Below, piece after piece: positions 40,505-51,003 of a DNA stretch of 64,000 nucleotides. Source of the DNA: Candidatus Bathyarchaeota archaeon (lineage in GTDB: Archaea; Thermoproteota; Bathyarchaeia; TCS64); contig CAVYLP010000006.1 of NCBI GenBank assembly GCA_963769425.1, positions 96,001 to 160,000 of the forward strand, given 5' to 3'. Made by a program: the position numbers and the translations under genes. Under the pieces are notes generated by a model, which saw nothing but the letters and a program-made list of their open reading frames with translations, made no database searches and was not told where the DNA came from. Positions within the stretch are counted from its first letter, which is position 1, and the number at the start of each line of letters is the position of its first letter.

Positions 40505-41419
40505 ATGGGGATAGAGAGAACCACGATAGGCAGCTTCCCGAGGTCGGAGAAGCCCCTAGGGGAGGCGGTGCGGGACGTCCTCGACCTACAGCTTAGGTAC
40601 GGGATAGACGTCGTCACCGACGGCGAGCAGAGGGCGGACATGATCACGTACTTCGAGCAGATACCCGGCCTCGACAGGGGGGGCAGGGGGCTCCGCGTCT
40701 CTGGGAAGATTAAACCCATGGACGACCCCAATGACTTCTACAAGATCAGGGACTTCGCCCTCGTCGAATCCTACCTCAGCGCCCACAAAACGCATGGCAT
40801 CAAGGGCAAGATAACGCTGACCGGCCCCGTCACCCTGGGGATGACCTCCGCCATGGGTGGGCTCACCGGCTACGGTAACGTCAGGGACCCCACACTCTAC
40901 GAGGACTGCGCCGACGCACTCATCCCCCTCGCCCAGAGGGCACTCGACCGGGGGACCCACCTCCAGATCGACGAACCGGGCCTATCCGCGAAGTTCGAGT
41001 CACCAAAGTACACTGAGCGGCTACTCTCCGCCCTCCCGGACAAGGCATTGGACGAGGGGAGGGTGAGCCTACACGTCTGTGGCTCCGTTGGCAAAATCTT
41101 CGACGAGTTGATGGGCCTAAGCGTGAACATCTTCAGCTTCGGCTTCAGCAGGGCGCAGGAGTCTAGGAACGTGGAGATGATAGCGGAGAAGTCGCTAAGG
41201 GAGGGGAAGAGGCTGGGGGTCGGGTTCATCTCCAACACCTCGCTGGAGGGACCAGAGACGGCTCAGGCGCGCCTCGGGAAGATAGCGGGGATCGTCGGCG
41301 TGGAGAACATCGCGTACATACACCCAGACTGCGGCTTCGCCCCCACACCCCCAGAGCTGGTCGAACCGATACTGAGGAACATGAAGGAGGCCTCCGACAG
41401 CTTCCTCCGCACGCTCTGA
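40505..41419 (+). CDS. Core (C-terminal-domain-only) cobalamin-independent methionine synthase homolog
   Basis: TTIGSFPR, TDGEQR, TGPVTL, LQIDEP, LHVCG, HPDCGF; 304 aa with no N-terminal folate-binding barrel. Confidence 0.82.
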   Translation: MGIERTTIGSFPRSEKPLGEAVRDVLDLQLRYGIDVVTDGEQRADMITYFEQIPGLDRGGRGLRVSGKIKPMDDPNDFYKIRDFALVESYLSAHKTHGIKGKITLTGPVTLGMTSAMGGLTGYGNVRDPTLYEDCADALIPLAQRALDRGTHLQIDEPGLSAKFESPKYTERLLSALPDKALDEGRVSLHVCGSVGKIFDELMGLSVNIFSFGFSRAQESRNVEMIAEKSLREGKRLGVGFISNTSLEGPETAQARLGKIAGIVGVENIAYIHPDCGFAPTPPELVEPILRNMKEASDSFLRTL

Positions 41420-41421
41420 GG

Positions 41422-42063
41422 TTACTTCGTCCACTCCTTGCAGATGGAGACGCCCTCGACAGCGTCCCTCGCTGCCGCGTCGGCACCGATTGAGGATGCA
41501 TATGCGTTGTCAACGGCTGCGCCACCGATTATCACCTTCACCACGGTCCTCAGCCCCCGCCTCTTCAGCTCGGCTATCGTGTCGGCCATGCTGGTCATGG
41601 TTGTCGTTATGAGGGCTGACATTCCGAGGATGTCGGGTCGTGTCCTCTCCACCTCGTCGGCGAACGCCGCCGGTGAGACGTCGAACCCGAGGTCAATGAC
41701 TCTGAACCCGGCCCCGCGGAGGAGGTTGCCGAAGATGTGCTTCCCTATGTCGTGGAGGTCGCCCTGTACGGTGCCGATGACGACGGTTCCCCGGGATTCG
41801 GCGCCGTTTTTCATCAGGTGGGGCTCGACGACCTCTAGGGCCGCCTTCATCGTCTCCCCAGCCATGACGAGCTCGGAGAGGAAGTAGTCACCGCTCTCGT
41901 ATCGCTTGCTGACCACCTCCATGCCCCTCGCCATCCCGTCGACGATTATCTCGTAGGGCGGCACACCCATGGAGATGGCTGTCCCGCATAGCTCCGCAGC
42001 CCTCGCTGGGTCGAAGTTGGTGATCGCCTCGCTGATCTCCCGGAGTATCTGTTGCTTATCCAT
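41422..42063 (-). CDS. Corrinoid protein (MtaC/MtbC-like)
   Basis: YFLSEL cap domain; GDLHDIGK, GMSAL, IIGGAAV B12-binding motifs. Confidence 0.92.
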   Translation of the reverse strand: MDKQQILREISEAITNFDPARAAELCGTAISMGVPPYEIIVDGMARGMEVVSKRYESGDYFLSELVMAGETMKAALEVVEPHLMKNGAESRGTVVIGTVQGDLHDIGKHIFGNLLRGAGFRVIDLGFDVSPAAFADEVERTRPDILGMSALITTTMTSMADTIAELKRRGLRTVVKVIIGGAAVDNAYASSIGADAAARDAVEGVSICKEWTK

Positions 42064-42066
42064 TCG

Positions 42067-43200
42067 TTATGCCTCCTCCCTGTAGCTTCCCGCCGCCTCG
42101 AACATGGCGATGACGTTCCGCGGGGGGACGTCCGCCTGGATGTTGTGGGCGCCGGCGAGTATGAGTCCGCCGCCCCTGCCACCGACGCGGGCCACCCTCC
42201 TCACCTCCGCCCCCACCTCCTCGGGGGAGCCCTGTGGTAGCAGCCTCTGGATGTCGACGCCACCGTGGAAAGACAGTTTCTCGCCGAAGTCGCGCTTCAG
42301 GGTCTCGATGTCCATCTTCGCCGCCAGCGGCTGGATCGGGTTGAGTACATCTAGCCCGAGGTCGATGAGGTCTGGGATGAGTTGGTGGACCGAGCCGCAG
42401 GTGTGCAGGAAGAGCTTCGCCCTCGTCTTGCCGCGGATGAGGTTGAAGAGCTTCTTATACCTGGGCTTGAGGTACCTCCTGAACATCACGGGCGACATGA
42501 TGGGGCCCGTCTGCATCCCGAGGTCGTCGTTGTAGTCGACCATCTGGATGTAGGGGCCGACGACGTCGAGGTACCCGTCGTAGAACTCCATGAAGAGGTC
42601 GAGTATCTTGTCTAGGAACTTCTCTGCGAACTCGGGCCTCCTGTAGAGGTCAACGGTGAAGGCCTCGAAGCCCCTGAGCCACCATGCGCACTCGTAGATG
42701 CCCCCGAAGAAGGCGTCGGCCTGAATCGCGTAGTCGGTGCTGTGGTAGAGGTTCTCAACCTCTTCCCTCAATCCCTTGAACCTCAGGGGGTTCCTCGGGT
42801 CTGGCCAGTCGAAGTCGTCGAGGTCGTCGACCCCGGCGTCCTTCAGCGGGTGGTCGATCATGTCGTAGTAGTTGGGGTTCCTCCCCCACTTGATGCCCCA
42901 TTCGTCGATGAAGTAGGGCCTACCCGAAGCGTCTGGTCCTATACCACCAGGGCCGGGGACCGTGCGGAGGCCGACGTGACGGAAGTCGACGCCGAACCTC
43001 TGTAGGACGGCCTCATCCAGCTTCGCCAGCTGCTGCACGTCCCGTGGGTCGATCCTGACCTCAAGGTCGAGACCAATGGTGTGGATTAGGTTGTCGTAAG
43101 CCTTGTTGTGTATTCCCGACACGGTCCCGCCGAGGTCGACGGGCAGCCTGTCGGGCTCCCTATGCTGGAGGGTTTCGATGACTCGTTCTCTTGAGTTCAT
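42067..43200 (-). CDS. URO-D/MtaA family protein (probable corrinoid-linked methyltransferase)
   Basis: EPDRLPVDLG, DDLGMQ, HTCG, LNPIQP, FHGGVD, HNIQAD. Confidence 0.85.
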   Translation of the reverse strand: MNSRERVIETLQHREPDRLPVDLGGTVSGIHNKAYDNLIHTIGLDLEVRIDPRDVQQLAKLDEAVLQRFGVDFRHVGLRTVPGPGGIGPDASGRPYFIDEWGIKWGRNPNYYDMIDHPLKDAGVDDLDDFDWPDPRNPLRFKGLREEVENLYHSTDYAIQADAFFGGIYECAWWLRGFEAFTVDLYRRPEFAEKFLDKILDLFMEFYDGYLDVVGPYIQMVDYNDDLGMQTGPIMSPVMFRRYLKPRYKKLFNLIRGKTRAKLFLHTCGSVHQLIPDLIDLGLDVLNPIQPLAAKMDIETLKRDFGEKLSFHGGVDIQRLLPQGSPEEVGAEVRRVARVGGRGGGLILAGAHNIQADVPPRNVIAMFEAAGSYREEA

Positions 43201-43417
43201 GCTTGCACCCCTCGCTTGGGTGGCTGGATGTCTGAGATGGGACCTAGGCGCTAATATTACTTCGCGCTCGATCCCGTGGAGAGGAGAAAAGCTCTCTTGA
43301 ACTCGAATTCGAAGTCCGCCCTCCCAGTGAACCCCACGTACCGAGTTTCCATCGATTTCTCCGGTTTATATTCGAACCATCCAAATGGAAAGGCGGAGAA
43401 ACGCTGGAGGAGTCTAG

Positions 43418-44002
43418 GTGAGGAAGGTTATCTTGAGCATGATGATGTCCCTCGACGGCTTCGCCGCTGGGCCAAACGATGAGATGGACTGGCTGCCACC
43501 CTTCGACGACGAGGAGAAGTGGAGGGACTTGCACGGTGAGATGTGGAAGCAGCTAAGGGGGATCGACACGTTCCTCCTCGGGCGCGTCACGTACCAGATC
43601 TGGGAGAGATACTGGCCGGCTGCCGCCAAGAACCCGAAGAGCACCAAGAGCGACATCGACTTCTCCCGCTTCGCCGACGAGACCCAGAAGGTAGTCTTCT
43701 CGAAGACCCTAAACGAGGTCAGCTGGAAGAACTCTAGGCTCGTCAAGGGGGACATCGCGGAGGAGGTACGTAGGATGAAGCAGATGCCCGGCAAGGACAT
43801 CGCGCTCGCCGGCGGCGCCGGCCTCGCCCGGACCTTTATCAAGCTAGGCCTTGTTGACGATTACCTGTTCACGATCCACCCTGTCATACTCGGCGCGGGT
43901 AAGCCCCTCTTCAGGGACCTCGAGGAAAGGCGGAGGCTGAAGCTCGTAGAGACGAGGACGCTCAACCCGGGGGCTGTCCTACTACACTACCAGCCCATGT
44001 AA
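43418..44002 (+). CDS. Dihydrofolate reductase/RibD-C family protein
   Basis: MSLDGF, LLGRVTY, KVVFSKTL, PVILGAGKPLF. Confidence 0.9.
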   Translation: MRKVILSMMMSLDGFAAGPNDEMDWLPPFDDEEKWRDLHGEMWKQLRGIDTFLLGRVTYQIWERYWPAAAKNPKSTKSDIDFSRFADETQKVVFSKTLNEVSWKNSRLVKGDIAEEVRRMKQMPGKDIALAGGAGLARTFIKLGLVDDYLFTIHPVILGAGKPLFRDLEERRRLKLVETRTLNPGAVLLHYQPM

Positions 44003-44047
44003 ACAGAAGATTACACGCGCTCGATGTGTGGCATATAATTGGCCCTA

Positions 44048-45226
44048 TTAACTAGCTTTCTTCGTCTCCCTGAGCCAGAGGCACGGGACGAAGACAGCCA
44101 GAAGAAGGATCGATGAGAGGTAGAAGCTCATCGCGTTCCCGTATACCCCCACGACCCAGATCATGAGGATAGGGCCGAAGACTGAGCCCGCGTCGAAGAA
44201 TGTGCGGTATGTCCCCACGGCGGCGCCCCTGTGCTCCGGGTCGACGACCTCCGCCGCGATCACGGGGCAGATTATCCAGACGGCACCCGTCGTTATCCCG
44301 ATCAGGAACATGACGACCGCAACCGCGGTGAACCCAACCATGAAGCTCAGGACCACACTCATGATCGCGGTGCCGAGCGCCCCGAAGAGTATGACGGGCT
44401 TCCTCCCGATCCTGTCGGAGATGGTGCCCATGAAGAGCATAGAGAGTACGTACCCGATGGACCTGGCTCCCTGGACGAAGCCTATGTCGGTGAGGGACAT
44501 GCCCAGCGTCCCGTTAAGGTAGAGGGGGAAGGTCGTGAAGAGGACGCCCTGATAGAGCATGAAGTTCATCAGCGTCACGGCGCAGACGATTAGCAGCCCC
44601 TTGTTCATCAGGACCTTAGGGATCGCCGAGAGCTTGATGCTTGAGGACGTTGGGAGGGCTCTGACCTCGCTTCGCAGGCGTGGGAGGAAGAGCAGAAAGA
44701 GGCCAACGACAGCCATCGCCGTGGAGAGATAGAAGGCGCCGATGAAGCCGAGGCCGGTTATTATTACGCCGCTGAAGGTTGAGGCGAGGGTGCTCCCAAG
44801 GAACTCGATCCCCTGGAAGAGCCCCATGGCGCTCCCCCTCCGTTCCACTGAGAACATGTTGATTATCAGGGTCATCGAGACCGCGAAGAAGAGGGGGGCC
44901 CCTATCCCGAGCAGCACTCTTGCGAAGAATAGCTGAATCGGGTCGACGACGTAGGCGCATAGGATGTTGCCGACGGCTGTCAGTAGGAGGCCGGCCGCCA
45001 TTGGGAGATAGTAGCCTAACCTCGTCGAGATGAAGCCGCTCGGAATCTCGAGTAGGACCCTTGCAACCCAGTAGGCGGAGACGGAGAGGCCGATCCAGAC
45101 CCCTACTGCACCCACCTGCTTCGCGTAGATCGCGAGGAGTGGATTGATCAGCTGCGTGCTGAACATGGCGAGCACGGCGATGACGCATAGGACGATGTAG
45201 GTTAGGCTGTAGCGGCCTTGAGCCAT
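44048..45226 (-). CDS. MFS transporter
   Basis: 12-TM pattern; GTISDRIGRK motif A. Confidence 0.9.
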   Translation of the reverse strand: MAQGRYSLTYIVLCVIAVLAMFSTQLINPLLAIYAKQVGAVGVWIGLSVSAYWVARVLLEIPSGFISTRLGYYLPMAAGLLLTAVGNILCAYVVDPIQLFFARVLLGIGAPLFFAVSMTLIINMFSVERRGSAMGLFQGIEFLGSTLASTFSGVIITGLGFIGAFYLSTAMAVVGLFLLFLPRLRSEVRALPTSSSIKLSAIPKVLMNKGLLIVCAVTLMNFMLYQGVLFTTFPLYLNGTLGMSLTDIGFVQGARSIGYVLSMLFMGTISDRIGRKPVILFGALGTAIMSVVLSFMVGFTAVAVVMFLIGITTGAVWIICPVIAAEVVDPEHRGAAVGTYRTFFDAGSVFGPILMIWVVGVYGNAMSFYLSSILLLAVFVPCLWLRETKKAS

Positions 45227-45251
45227 GCTTGGTATGGGGGAATCCGCGAGG

Positions 45252-46115
45252 CTAAAAGATTGGTGATGGCTGAGAGGGTGCAACCGCGTTTATAGGCCCG
45301 ACATACCCCTCCGCGACCTTCCACAGCCTCTCGGCCTTCTCCATGTCGTATGACTCCCTCGACGAGCGTTGAGCCTTGCGATTCGAGAAGTATTCGCCGG
45401 TGACCCCCTCCACTTCGGGGGAGCTGGCGAGGTACACCGAGGTCCTCGCGCCCTTCTCGGGGCTAGTCCCCAGCAGTTTGAAGAAAAACCTCAAAGCAAG
45501 TCCAGAGTCCCTGCTGAGGTTGCTCTTAACCATCCCCGGGTGTACACAGTTGGCGGTGATGCCCGTGCCCTCCAGCTTCTTCGCAAGAAGTCTCGTGAAG
45601 AGGATGAGACACAGCTTCGACTGGGCGTAGACCCTGAACCCCGAGTAGTGCTTCTTGAACTCTATGTCGTCGAAGTTGACCTTACCACGGTGTAGGGCGG
45701 ATGCCAAGTTGATGATCCTTGAAGGCGCACTCTGTTTGAGTAGGTCCAACATGAGGTTGGTCAGCAGGAAGGGGGCGAGGAAGTTCACGGCGAAGGCCCT
45801 CTCGACGCCGTCGACTGTCTCCCTCCTCTTGAAGTCCCAGACCCCCGCGTTGTTTATGAGAACGTCCAGCTTCGGGAATCGGGACCTGAACTCCGCGGCG
45901 CAGCCCCTGATCGAGTCGAAGGAGGCGAGGTCGCAGACTATACTATGCACGTCCTCGCTGCCCGATGCCTCCCGGATCTCCTTCCTCGTGGCTTCCCCGC
46001 GGGCCGGGTCGCGCGTGGTGAAGACGACCGTGGCGCCGAGCCTTGCCAACTCTGTCGCCGTCGCCTTCCCTATGCCCGAGGTGCCCCCGGTGATCAGAAC
46101 GACCTTACCCTTCAT
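45252..46115 (-). CDS. Short-chain dehydrogenase (retinol dehydrogenase-like)
   Basis: TGGTSGIG, NNAG, YAQSK, HPG. Confidence 0.92.
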   Translation of the reverse strand: MKGKVVLITGGTSGIGKATATELARLGATVVFTTRDPARGEATRKEIREASGSEDVHSIVCDLASFDSIRGCAAEFRSRFPKLDVLINNAGVWDFKRRETVDGVERAFAVNFLAPFLLTNLMLDLLKQSAPSRIINLASALHRGKVNFDDIEFKKHYSGFRVYAQSKLCLILFTRLLAKKLEGTGITANCVHPGMVKSNLSRDSGLALRFFFKLLGTSPEKGARTSVYLASSPEVEGVTGEYFSNRKAQRSSRESYDMEKAERLWKVAEGYVGPINAVAPSQPSPIF

Positions 46116-46321
46116 AGTGTGAAGTCGGGGTTCCGCTCAGAAAAAGTGTCCCATTCACAACGTCCTCGCCACCTCGGGGGGACTTGGAAGATGAAGCGAG
46201 TTGGATCCACAATCTTAGATGATTATATCGCTCACTGAGACGTGAGTAAAGCGCCCTTGCATCAACCCCTCTTCACCAGATCCCGTTATAAACGAAGTTG
46301 ATTTAGAGAAAAACGATCGAC

Positions 46322-47182
46322 ATGGGCAACAACAGAACTACCGAGCTAGGCTCCACCGGGATCATGGTTTCTCGCCTGGGAACGGGAACCAACAGGTGGG
46401 CGAAAGGGGAGAACGACGAGCATGTCTACGAGGCCTTCAGGGCGCTCCTAGACGGCGGTGTAAACTTCTTCGACACCGCCGAAGTCTACATGGGTGGGAA
46501 GTCGGAGCGCCTACTCGGGGAGTGTATACAACGAGACGGGAGAGTCGTCGTCGTGGCTAGCAAGTACATGCCCTACCCCACTCGGCTCACCAAGGGGCAG
46601 TTCAACGAGGCCCTCGACGCCACTCTCGGGAGACTCGGGGTGGCGACCCTCGACCTCTACTACGTCCACATGCCGCCTACCCTCACGAGCATCGATTCAC
46701 TCATGGACCATATGGCCGAGGCGGTGAACGCAGGGAAGATACGCGCGGTGGGTGTGAGCAACTTTAGCGCGGAGCAGATGAGGAGAGCGGCTGCCCAGTT
46801 AGAGAGACACGAGCTCACCCTTGCGGCGAACGAGGTGGAGTACAGCCTCACTAACCGTGAGCCCGAGGAAAACGGTGTACTCGATGCCTGCAGGGAGATC
46901 AAGGCCTCCCTCGTGGCGTATCGACCCCTCTCGCGCGGGCTGCTCGCCACAGATGATGCACGTGGCGACAAGACCATGAAGACACTCGAGGGGATAGCCA
47001 AACGCCACGGGGCGAAGATGGGCCAGATCGCGTTGGCATGGCTGCTCCAAAAAGATCCCGTCGTGATACCCATCCCCGGCGCTACGAAGAGGGAGCATGC
47101 CCTCGAGAACACATCAGCCCTAAACATCGCCCTGAAGGACGACGAATTCAAGGAACTGGACGAGGCATCGAAGCCGCGATAA
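46322..47182 (+). CDS. Aldo/keto reductase
   Basis: FDTAEVY, DLYYVH, VGVSNF, IPIPGA. Confidence 0.92.
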   Translation: MGNNRTTELGSTGIMVSRLGTGTNRWAKGENDEHVYEAFRALLDGGVNFFDTAEVYMGGKSERLLGECIQRDGRVVVVASKYMPYPTRLTKGQFNEALDATLGRLGVATLDLYYVHMPPTLTSIDSLMDHMAEAVNAGKIRAVGVSNFSAEQMRRAAAQLERHELTLAANEVEYSLTNREPEENGVLDACREIKASLVAYRPLSRGLLATDDARGDKTMKTLEGIAKRHGAKMGQIALAWLLQKDPVVIPIPGATKREHALENTSALNIALKDDEFKELDEASKPR

Positions 47183-47201
47183 ATGATACTGTAAAAACGA
47201 G

Positions 47202-48206
47202 CTAGAGGTGGAGGCCCATGAGCCTCATCGCGTTGCCGTGGGCAATCTTCTCCCTGTCGGCCGTGCTTACGGGTATCCCGTCGAGGAACGCACGCGCCGA
47301 CGCCATAGACCCATATGGGTAGTCGACGGAGAACATTATGCGATCCGCACCAACCTCCATGAGGAGGTCGAGGAAGGCGGGGGTGAAGTTGAAGCCGCTG
47401 AATGTGTAGTGGACGTTCCCGCGTAGGTACTCCGCCATGGAGCGGTCCAGCTTCGTCGCCTCGCGGGGCAGGTTCCTGTCAATCCTCTGCAGCATGAAAG
47501 GCAGCGCCTCGCCGAGGTGGCCTATTATGACTTGGAGCTTCGGGTACTCGTCGAAGGCGCCGCCGAGTATCATGCGGAGCACGTATAGGGCTGTCTCGAT
47601 GTGCCAGCCCCACCCGCTTGTGGAGAGGGTGTACGCTACCTCCTCGGGGTAGCTGCCGCGGTAGGAGGCCTCCACGACCTTCTGAGGCGGGGGCGTCGGG
47701 TGGATGTAGAGGGGGACGCCCAGGGTCTCCGCCCTCTCCAGCACGGGCCAGAATGCCCTGTCGTCGAGGTAACGCCCGGCGACGTGCCCATTTATCGCCG
47801 CACCGCTGAGCCCGAGTATTTTAATCGCCCGCTCAAGCTCGTCTGCCGCATCCATAGGCGACGGCATGGGTAGGGCTGCGAAGCCAGCGAACCGCTTCGG
47901 GTTGAGCTTGATAGCCTTCGCGAGGTAGTCATTGGCGTCCCGCGCTAGCTTGATTGCCTCTCCCGCGTCGAGCTGCTCGACCCCCGGGGAGTTGAGGGAG
48001 AGGACCTGCATGTCAACGCCGGCTTCGTCCATCGCCGCTATCCTCCTCTCGCCCACGTCCAGCAGCTGTTCGATCTGCCTCGTCGACCTCGTGGGCGCGC
48101 CTGAGCCCCTGCCCCTGAGCCACTTCCCCGGCCCCTCTATGAAAGAGGGGGTCGCGAAGTGCTCCTCGAGGGCAATCGCCTTAATCCTTTCGACAACCAT
48201 AGCCAA
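47202..48206 (-). CDS. Amidohydrolase-2 family, dihydroxybenzoate decarboxylase-like
   Basis: IALEEHF, MQVLS, YIHP, GHLGEALPF, MFSVDYPY. Confidence 0.85.
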   Translation of the reverse strand: MAMVVERIKAIALEEHFATPSFIEGPGKWLRGRGSGAPTRSTRQIEQLLDVGERRIAAMDEAGVDMQVLSLNSPGVEQLDAGEAIKLARDANDYLAKAIKLNPKRFAGFAALPMPSPMDAADELERAIKILGLSGAAINGHVAGRYLDDRAFWPVLERAETLGVPLYIHPTPPPQKVVEASYRGSYPEEVAYTLSTSGWGWHIETALYVLRMILGGAFDEYPKLQVIIGHLGEALPFMLQRIDRNLPREATKLDRSMAEYLRGNVHYTFSGFNFTPAFLDLLMEVGADRIMFSVDYPYGSMASARAFLDGIPVSTADREKIAHGNAMRLMGLHL

Positions 48207-48284
48207 GCTACACTTCCAGTATCGTCTCCATCACTCCAACGAAAAACATCTTCTATCCGGCGCCCACCTGAGATACGACTGGCA

Positions 48285-49316
48285 TTGTTGAGGGAGACAC
48301 TATTCAGCGAGCTCGCGAAGTTCAGCCTAGAGTTCAAGAAGGTGAAGGCGGGGGACGAGGTTCTCATCGTCGTCAGCGCGGACACGGAGACGTCGAGGTA
48401 CAGCGCCCTCGTCACGATGTGTAAGGCTATCGAGGCCATCCCGCACATCCTCGTCGTGAACACGCCGAAGGAGGCCATTGGCCTATGGAGCCTAGGGAGG
48501 GCGGTGAAGCTCCCGAGGACCGTCGCCGAGGCGCTGAAGGCGAGCGATTACATCTTCTGGTTCGCCGACTGGGACCCGGCATTCCTCCAAGAGATAAGAG
48601 ACGCGCGCCAAGCCGGTGCCCAGTTCCTATTCGGGTGGCAGTCGAACGTCAAGGAGGCGAACTGGCACATAAGGGACATTGACTCCGTCGCCCTCGCGGA
48701 GAAGGCGCAGCGCTGGGCGAAGATGCTCAACGAGCACAAGGGGAAGGAGTTCAGGCTCATAACCGGGGGTGAGGAGTTCGTCGGAACCACCCGCCGCTTC
48801 GAGGGCTGGGGACCATATTCGGGGAAGGCGAGCTGGACCCAGAACGAGTGTATGTCCGTCGGCGACTTCAACGATGCCAACGGGATCCAAGTCGTGGACT
48901 GGATTGGGACATTGAGCGAAGTCACCCCCGGCGAAGTGGCGAAGCTCCACATAAAGGACGGAGTTCTCGTTAAGGCCGATGGGGAGATGGGTAAATCATT
49001 CATGAAGGCCCTAGCCGCCATCGACGACCCGAACGTCTACAAGCTCGCCGAGCTGGCGGTGGGGATGAACCCGTATACTCGCAAGGGCCTAACATCGCTT
49101 GGGGCACCCAACCTCCCGATGACGATCCCGCCCTACCACGAGATCAAGCAGTCGGAGGGAACGGTCCACACGGCTTTCGGCGACTCCGGCGGGCGAATAT
49201 TGCAGCCCGGCGAGACGGGGATAATCGCCAAACTACATATCGACGTGATATCTTTCAGACCAACCCTGTTCATCGACGGGAAGAAGTACGTCGAGGACGG
49301 AAAACTGCTTTTTTAG
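48285..49316 (+). CDS. M29/aminopeptidase-T-like or NicX-like metalloprotein
   Basis: LAELAVGMNP, GTVHTAFGD, HIDVI...PTLFIDGK; probable TTG start. Confidence 0.7.
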   Translation: MLRETLFSELAKFSLEFKKVKAGDEVLIVVSADTETSRYSALVTMCKAIEAIPHILVVNTPKEAIGLWSLGRAVKLPRTVAEALKASDYIFWFADWDPAFLQEIRDARQAGAQFLFGWQSNVKEANWHIRDIDSVALAEKAQRWAKMLNEHKGKEFRLITGGEEFVGTTRRFEGWGPYSGKASWTQNECMSVGDFNDANGIQVVDWIGTLSEVTPGEVAKLHIKDGVLVKADGEMGKSFMKALAAIDDPNVYKLAELAVGMNPYTRKGLTSLGAPNLPMTIPPYHEIKQSEGTVHTAFGDSGGRILQPGETGIIAKLHIDVISFRPTLFIDGKKYVEDGKLLF

Positions 49317-49327
49317 AAACGCTGATC

Positions 49328-50371
49328 CTATGATTTTTCTCTCTGGCAGAAAAGCATAGGATACGCGTCTCTCAGGCTCTTGTAGTTGCCTATGCTCTCG
49401 GCGGAAAGCACCGCCCTTACTATGGCCCGAGCGAAGACGTCCGCCGCGGAGGCTCCGATCAGGCTCAATGCCCGATGTGTGCTTCTCCCATAGCGGGTCT
49501 CCTCCTCGGGTAGAGCCCTGCGCCCCGTTGAGAGGCAGAATATCGTGTCGCCGTCGAACATCGTGTGCGCCGGATAAATGGCGCGCGCTACGCCGTCCTG
49601 TGCCATCTGCGCCACCTTGGTCGCCTGCGCCTTACTCAGGGAGGCGTCGGTGGCGACTACGCCGATGGTCGTGTGCCTCACCGGCTCCCCCGCTAAACCC
49701 TTGTAGTAGGGGAGCCCAGGGACATGCTTCCCTTGGGCAACGCCGAATTCGCCCCCGATCTCCAGGTGCTGCGCGTAGAGCGTCCCGTTCCCCGGGTCGA
49801 ATGTGGCGCCGGTTGAGTTGACCACCGCTATCGCCCCTACGGTTATACCGTTCACCAACTCTTCACTAGCGGAGCCAAGGCCCCCTTTGAGGCCTCCGGA
49901 GACGGCGCCCGTGCCCGCCCCGACGTTCCCCATCTCAACCCTACCCGCTGAGAGCGAACCACAGGTCCTGTAGCCATCCGCCTCGGTAATGTGGCCGAGC
50001 TTCTCGCCTCGGCCCAGATCAAAGATCACAGCGGCGGGGACGATCGGGACCACCCTGCCCTCGCCCACCTGGAGGCCAACGCCCTTCTCCTCGAGAAACC
50101 TCATCACCCCGCCGGCTGCGCTGAGGCCGTACGCGCTGCCACCGCATAGTGCTACAGCGTCGACTCGTTCGACGAGATTGACGGGGTCGAGGAGGTCCGT
50201 CTCCCTAGTGCCTGGGGCGCTTCCCCGCACGTCCACTCCGCCGACGGCTCCACCCTCAGCCGCTACCACCGTAACCCCCGACAATAGCCCGTGATCGCTG
50301 ATGTTTCCGACTAATATGCCATCAACGTCCGTTATCGAGTTGAGTGGGCCGCTCCGCCGATTCTGAGGCAT
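49328..50371 (-). CDS. P1/S58 (DmpA-like) peptidase
   Basis: ITDVDGILVG, VDVRGSAPGTRETDLL, HTTIGVVATD, HTMFDGD. Confidence 0.9.
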   Translation of the reverse strand: MPQNRRSGPLNSITDVDGILVGNISDHGLLSGVTVVAAEGGAVGGVDVRGSAPGTRETDLLDPVNLVERVDAVALCGGSAYGLSAAGGVMRFLEEKGVGLQVGEGRVVPIVPAAVIFDLGRGEKLGHITEADGYRTCGSLSAGRVEMGNVGAGTGAVSGGLKGGLGSASEELVNGITVGAIAVVNSTGATFDPGNGTLYAQHLEIGGEFGVAQGKHVPGLPYYKGLAGEPVRHTTIGVVATDASLSKAQATKVAQMAQDGVARAIYPAHTMFDGDTIFCLSTGRRALPEEETRYGRSTHRALSLIGASAADVFARAIVRAVLSAESIGNYKSLRDAYPMLFCQREKS

Positions 50372-50490
50372 GCATCAACTGCCATCGGTTTGCAGATAAA
50401 CGCCTTGCGCGGATCATATCGGGTTTAAAAGGGATTTTTCCATAAAATTTACTCAGCGACGGGGGCGCTCCCCCGGGGACCTGTAGGTGC

Positions 50491-51003
50491 TTGATAATGA
50501 GGGACGATGTTGGGTTGGTGGATTCTAAGATTCGGATAGGGCTCCGCGTGAATGGGGCCTCGTATGGTTTGAACGTTGAGCCTAGGCGGACGCTCCTCGA
50601 CGCCCTCCGGGAGGACCTGCATCTCACGGGGACGAAGAAGGGCTGCGACATGGGGGAGTGCGGCGCCTGCACCGTCCTCTTAGACGGGAAGCCTGTCTAC
50701 TCCTGCCTCCTACTCGCAGTCGAATGCGAGGGGCACGAGGTGAGGACCATCGAGGGTCTATCAGAAGGGGAGAGGCTCGACCCGATCCAGATGGCGTTCA
50801 TCGAGTACGACGCCCACCAGTGTGGCTTCTGCACACCCGGGCAGATAATGGCCATCCGTGGCCTCTTAGAGGCGAACCCAGACCCGACTCCCGAGGAGAT
50901 ACGCGTCGGCGTATCCGGCAACATCTGCAGGTGCGGCGCCTACCACCGAATCCTCAAGGCTGCGGCCGCGGCCGCCCAAGTCTACCGGGAGGGGAGCGAA
51001 TGA
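50491..51003 (+). CDS. Xanthine-dehydrogenase-family 2Fe-2S subunit
   Basis: GCDMGECGAC, QCGFCTPG, NICRCGAY; no Tat signal. Confidence 0.93.
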   Translation: MIMRDDVGLVDSKIRIGLRVNGASYGLNVEPRRTLLDALREDLHLTGTKKGCDMGECGACTVLLDGKPVYSCLLLAVECEGHEVRTIEGLSEGERLDPIQMAFIEYDAHQCGFCTPGQIMAIRGLLEANPDPTPEEIRVGVSGNICRCGAYHRILKAAAAAAQVYREGSE

